A stretch of 64,000 bases of DNA from Phoronis australis (taxonomy: Eukaryota > Animalia > Phoronida), in assembly GCA_002633005.1 (NCBI GenBank), contig NMRA01000555.1, forward strand, positions 99,514-163,513, in the 5' to 3' direction. The notes beneath the pieces are model-generated. The model was not told the DNA's origin and searched no databases. It was given only the letters and a program-made list of their open reading frames with translations. Each line of letters opens with the position of its first letter. Position 1 is the first letter of the stretch. Both the position numbers and the translations under genes were made by a program. Shown piece after piece: positions 62,571-64,000 of the stretch.

Positions 62571-64000
62571 GATCTGATTGCCAAGCGGAACAGTTGAAAA
62601 TCTCTCACGTCGTTGGTGGCACAACCCCTGACACTCACCTAGCCAGACACAGATGTACTGCACATAGATATTGCACTCGTAGGAGCACAAGTTCTCTTGT
62701 AACACCTCGAGTATTATCTTTTGAGCAGTTATCTATCAAAGACAAGGCCTTTATTCACTGATAATGCCGGGAAAATTTTTAAAAGCTGATTTAGTTTTCT
62801 TGTCAAAAGACACTTGTTTAATACAATTCATTGTTTGGCAATTCTTACGGGGACCATGTTTTTCGTGTACTTCCGGTTGTACAGTAAGTACTCTCTACCA
62901 TCGTCCTATATAGTCGTGTTTATTATGTGTGTTTTATGATGAATTACTTTATTTCTATCCGTTTATACTGTTTATGTAAGAACATGTTTTTCACGTTATT
63001 TTCAGTGTTTCATATGTCTTGTCCTATTAACGTCTTCATATTTTGTATGCTATTTGTATTCGTATGATGTCACCACTCAGTATGTGTATCACATTCTGGT
63101 GTTATTTCTCTTTTGTCCTGTAATGATTATGTACTAGCAATTATATGCATTGTGTGTACAGCATAATATTGAATTAACTAATCAGGCGATAAATCGAATG
63201 TATTGTGCAGTTATTTGCAAATTATGTCTCATCTTCTTAACCAGAAAATGAGGCGAGATAACGAACCATCGCGTTGTCATGGTTTCTGTCAAACCGCTAG
63301 TTTATCAACTTGCTGAAGGGTGTTTATAACACCACGATGTCAAGCGCTTTCCGCGTCTGTAGATTGAACAACAGGTCTGTTTATAAAATCAATAGTATTA
63401 TTTAGCCAAGAGAACTGGATTAGAATAATGCTGTTAGTGGAATTGTATTCGTGTGCACAAAGCCTTAGGTTTCTATAATATCCAATTTGCGATAGCGAAA
63501 AAATTGGGATAAATCAAATATGTGACTTTTATTTTACTCTGGGTACGAAATTCAAAGCTCAATCTTCAGATTTTCTGTTATACAATAGCCCTATTTTAGA
63601 TTACGAATTTTTGTGATACAGAGCATTCTTATTTTACAACGTAACTCGCTGCTGAATATTTTTGCACCTTTCTGGCCTTTTGCCATTGACAGAGAACCGC
63701 CAACACTGCAAACTACTTAACACTGCTAGTTTATCGTTGGTCAAACGTTGTAAATGTCCTAAGTAAATTAATTCATTATAGCACATATATTACACAATAA
63801 CAGTGTGTATCTTTACGTGGCACGTAAATAAATAACTTGCGTGGTCAAGAAATGATTTTCGCCGTTGATAATCAATTCACGAGGATAATTTACCAAGAAC
63901 TTTAAATTTTGATTTTTGTGAAAGAGTTTGATTGGGAAAACCAGCTGGTATTGCGACCATGGGTGTAGTCCAAATGTGCGGATCCCTGACTTTTTTTCTA

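Noticed and set aside
59300-64000. Upstream PAL/PHM exons
   Set aside because: No GQV/FHRG/WG-type motifs with splice sites found by eye; they probably lie beyond the window.

Overview
AT-rich, intron-containing, repeat-dense animal genomic DNA, not prokaryotic. The cerebrin-type neuropeptide points to a mollusc or close lophotrochozoan. Most ORFs in the supplied track are spurious. Reading GT-AG splice sites by hand gives three real genes. (1) A + strand 4-exon SdsA1/Pisa1/BDS1-type alkyl sulfatase (metallo-beta-lactamase fold, 36588-40592), whose signal-peptide-like N-terminus is one base out of frame with the obvious ATG. (2) A + strand cerebrin/PDF neuropeptide precursor (44696-48797) predicted to yield NAGTRDMMYNLPDFHKI-amide. 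(3) The 3' six exons of a - strand peptidyl-alpha-hydroxyglycine alpha-amidating lyase (PAL, 59269-50118), lying tail-to-tail about 1.3 kb from the amidated-peptide gene; its 5' exons were not found in the window. The first 35 kb is mostly transposon debris: Helentron/HINE-like elements with internal satellite arrays, a Gypsy remnant interrupted by an inverted Penelope fragment, a degenerate LINE, a second Penelope GIY-YIG fragment, and many MITEs, some nested.
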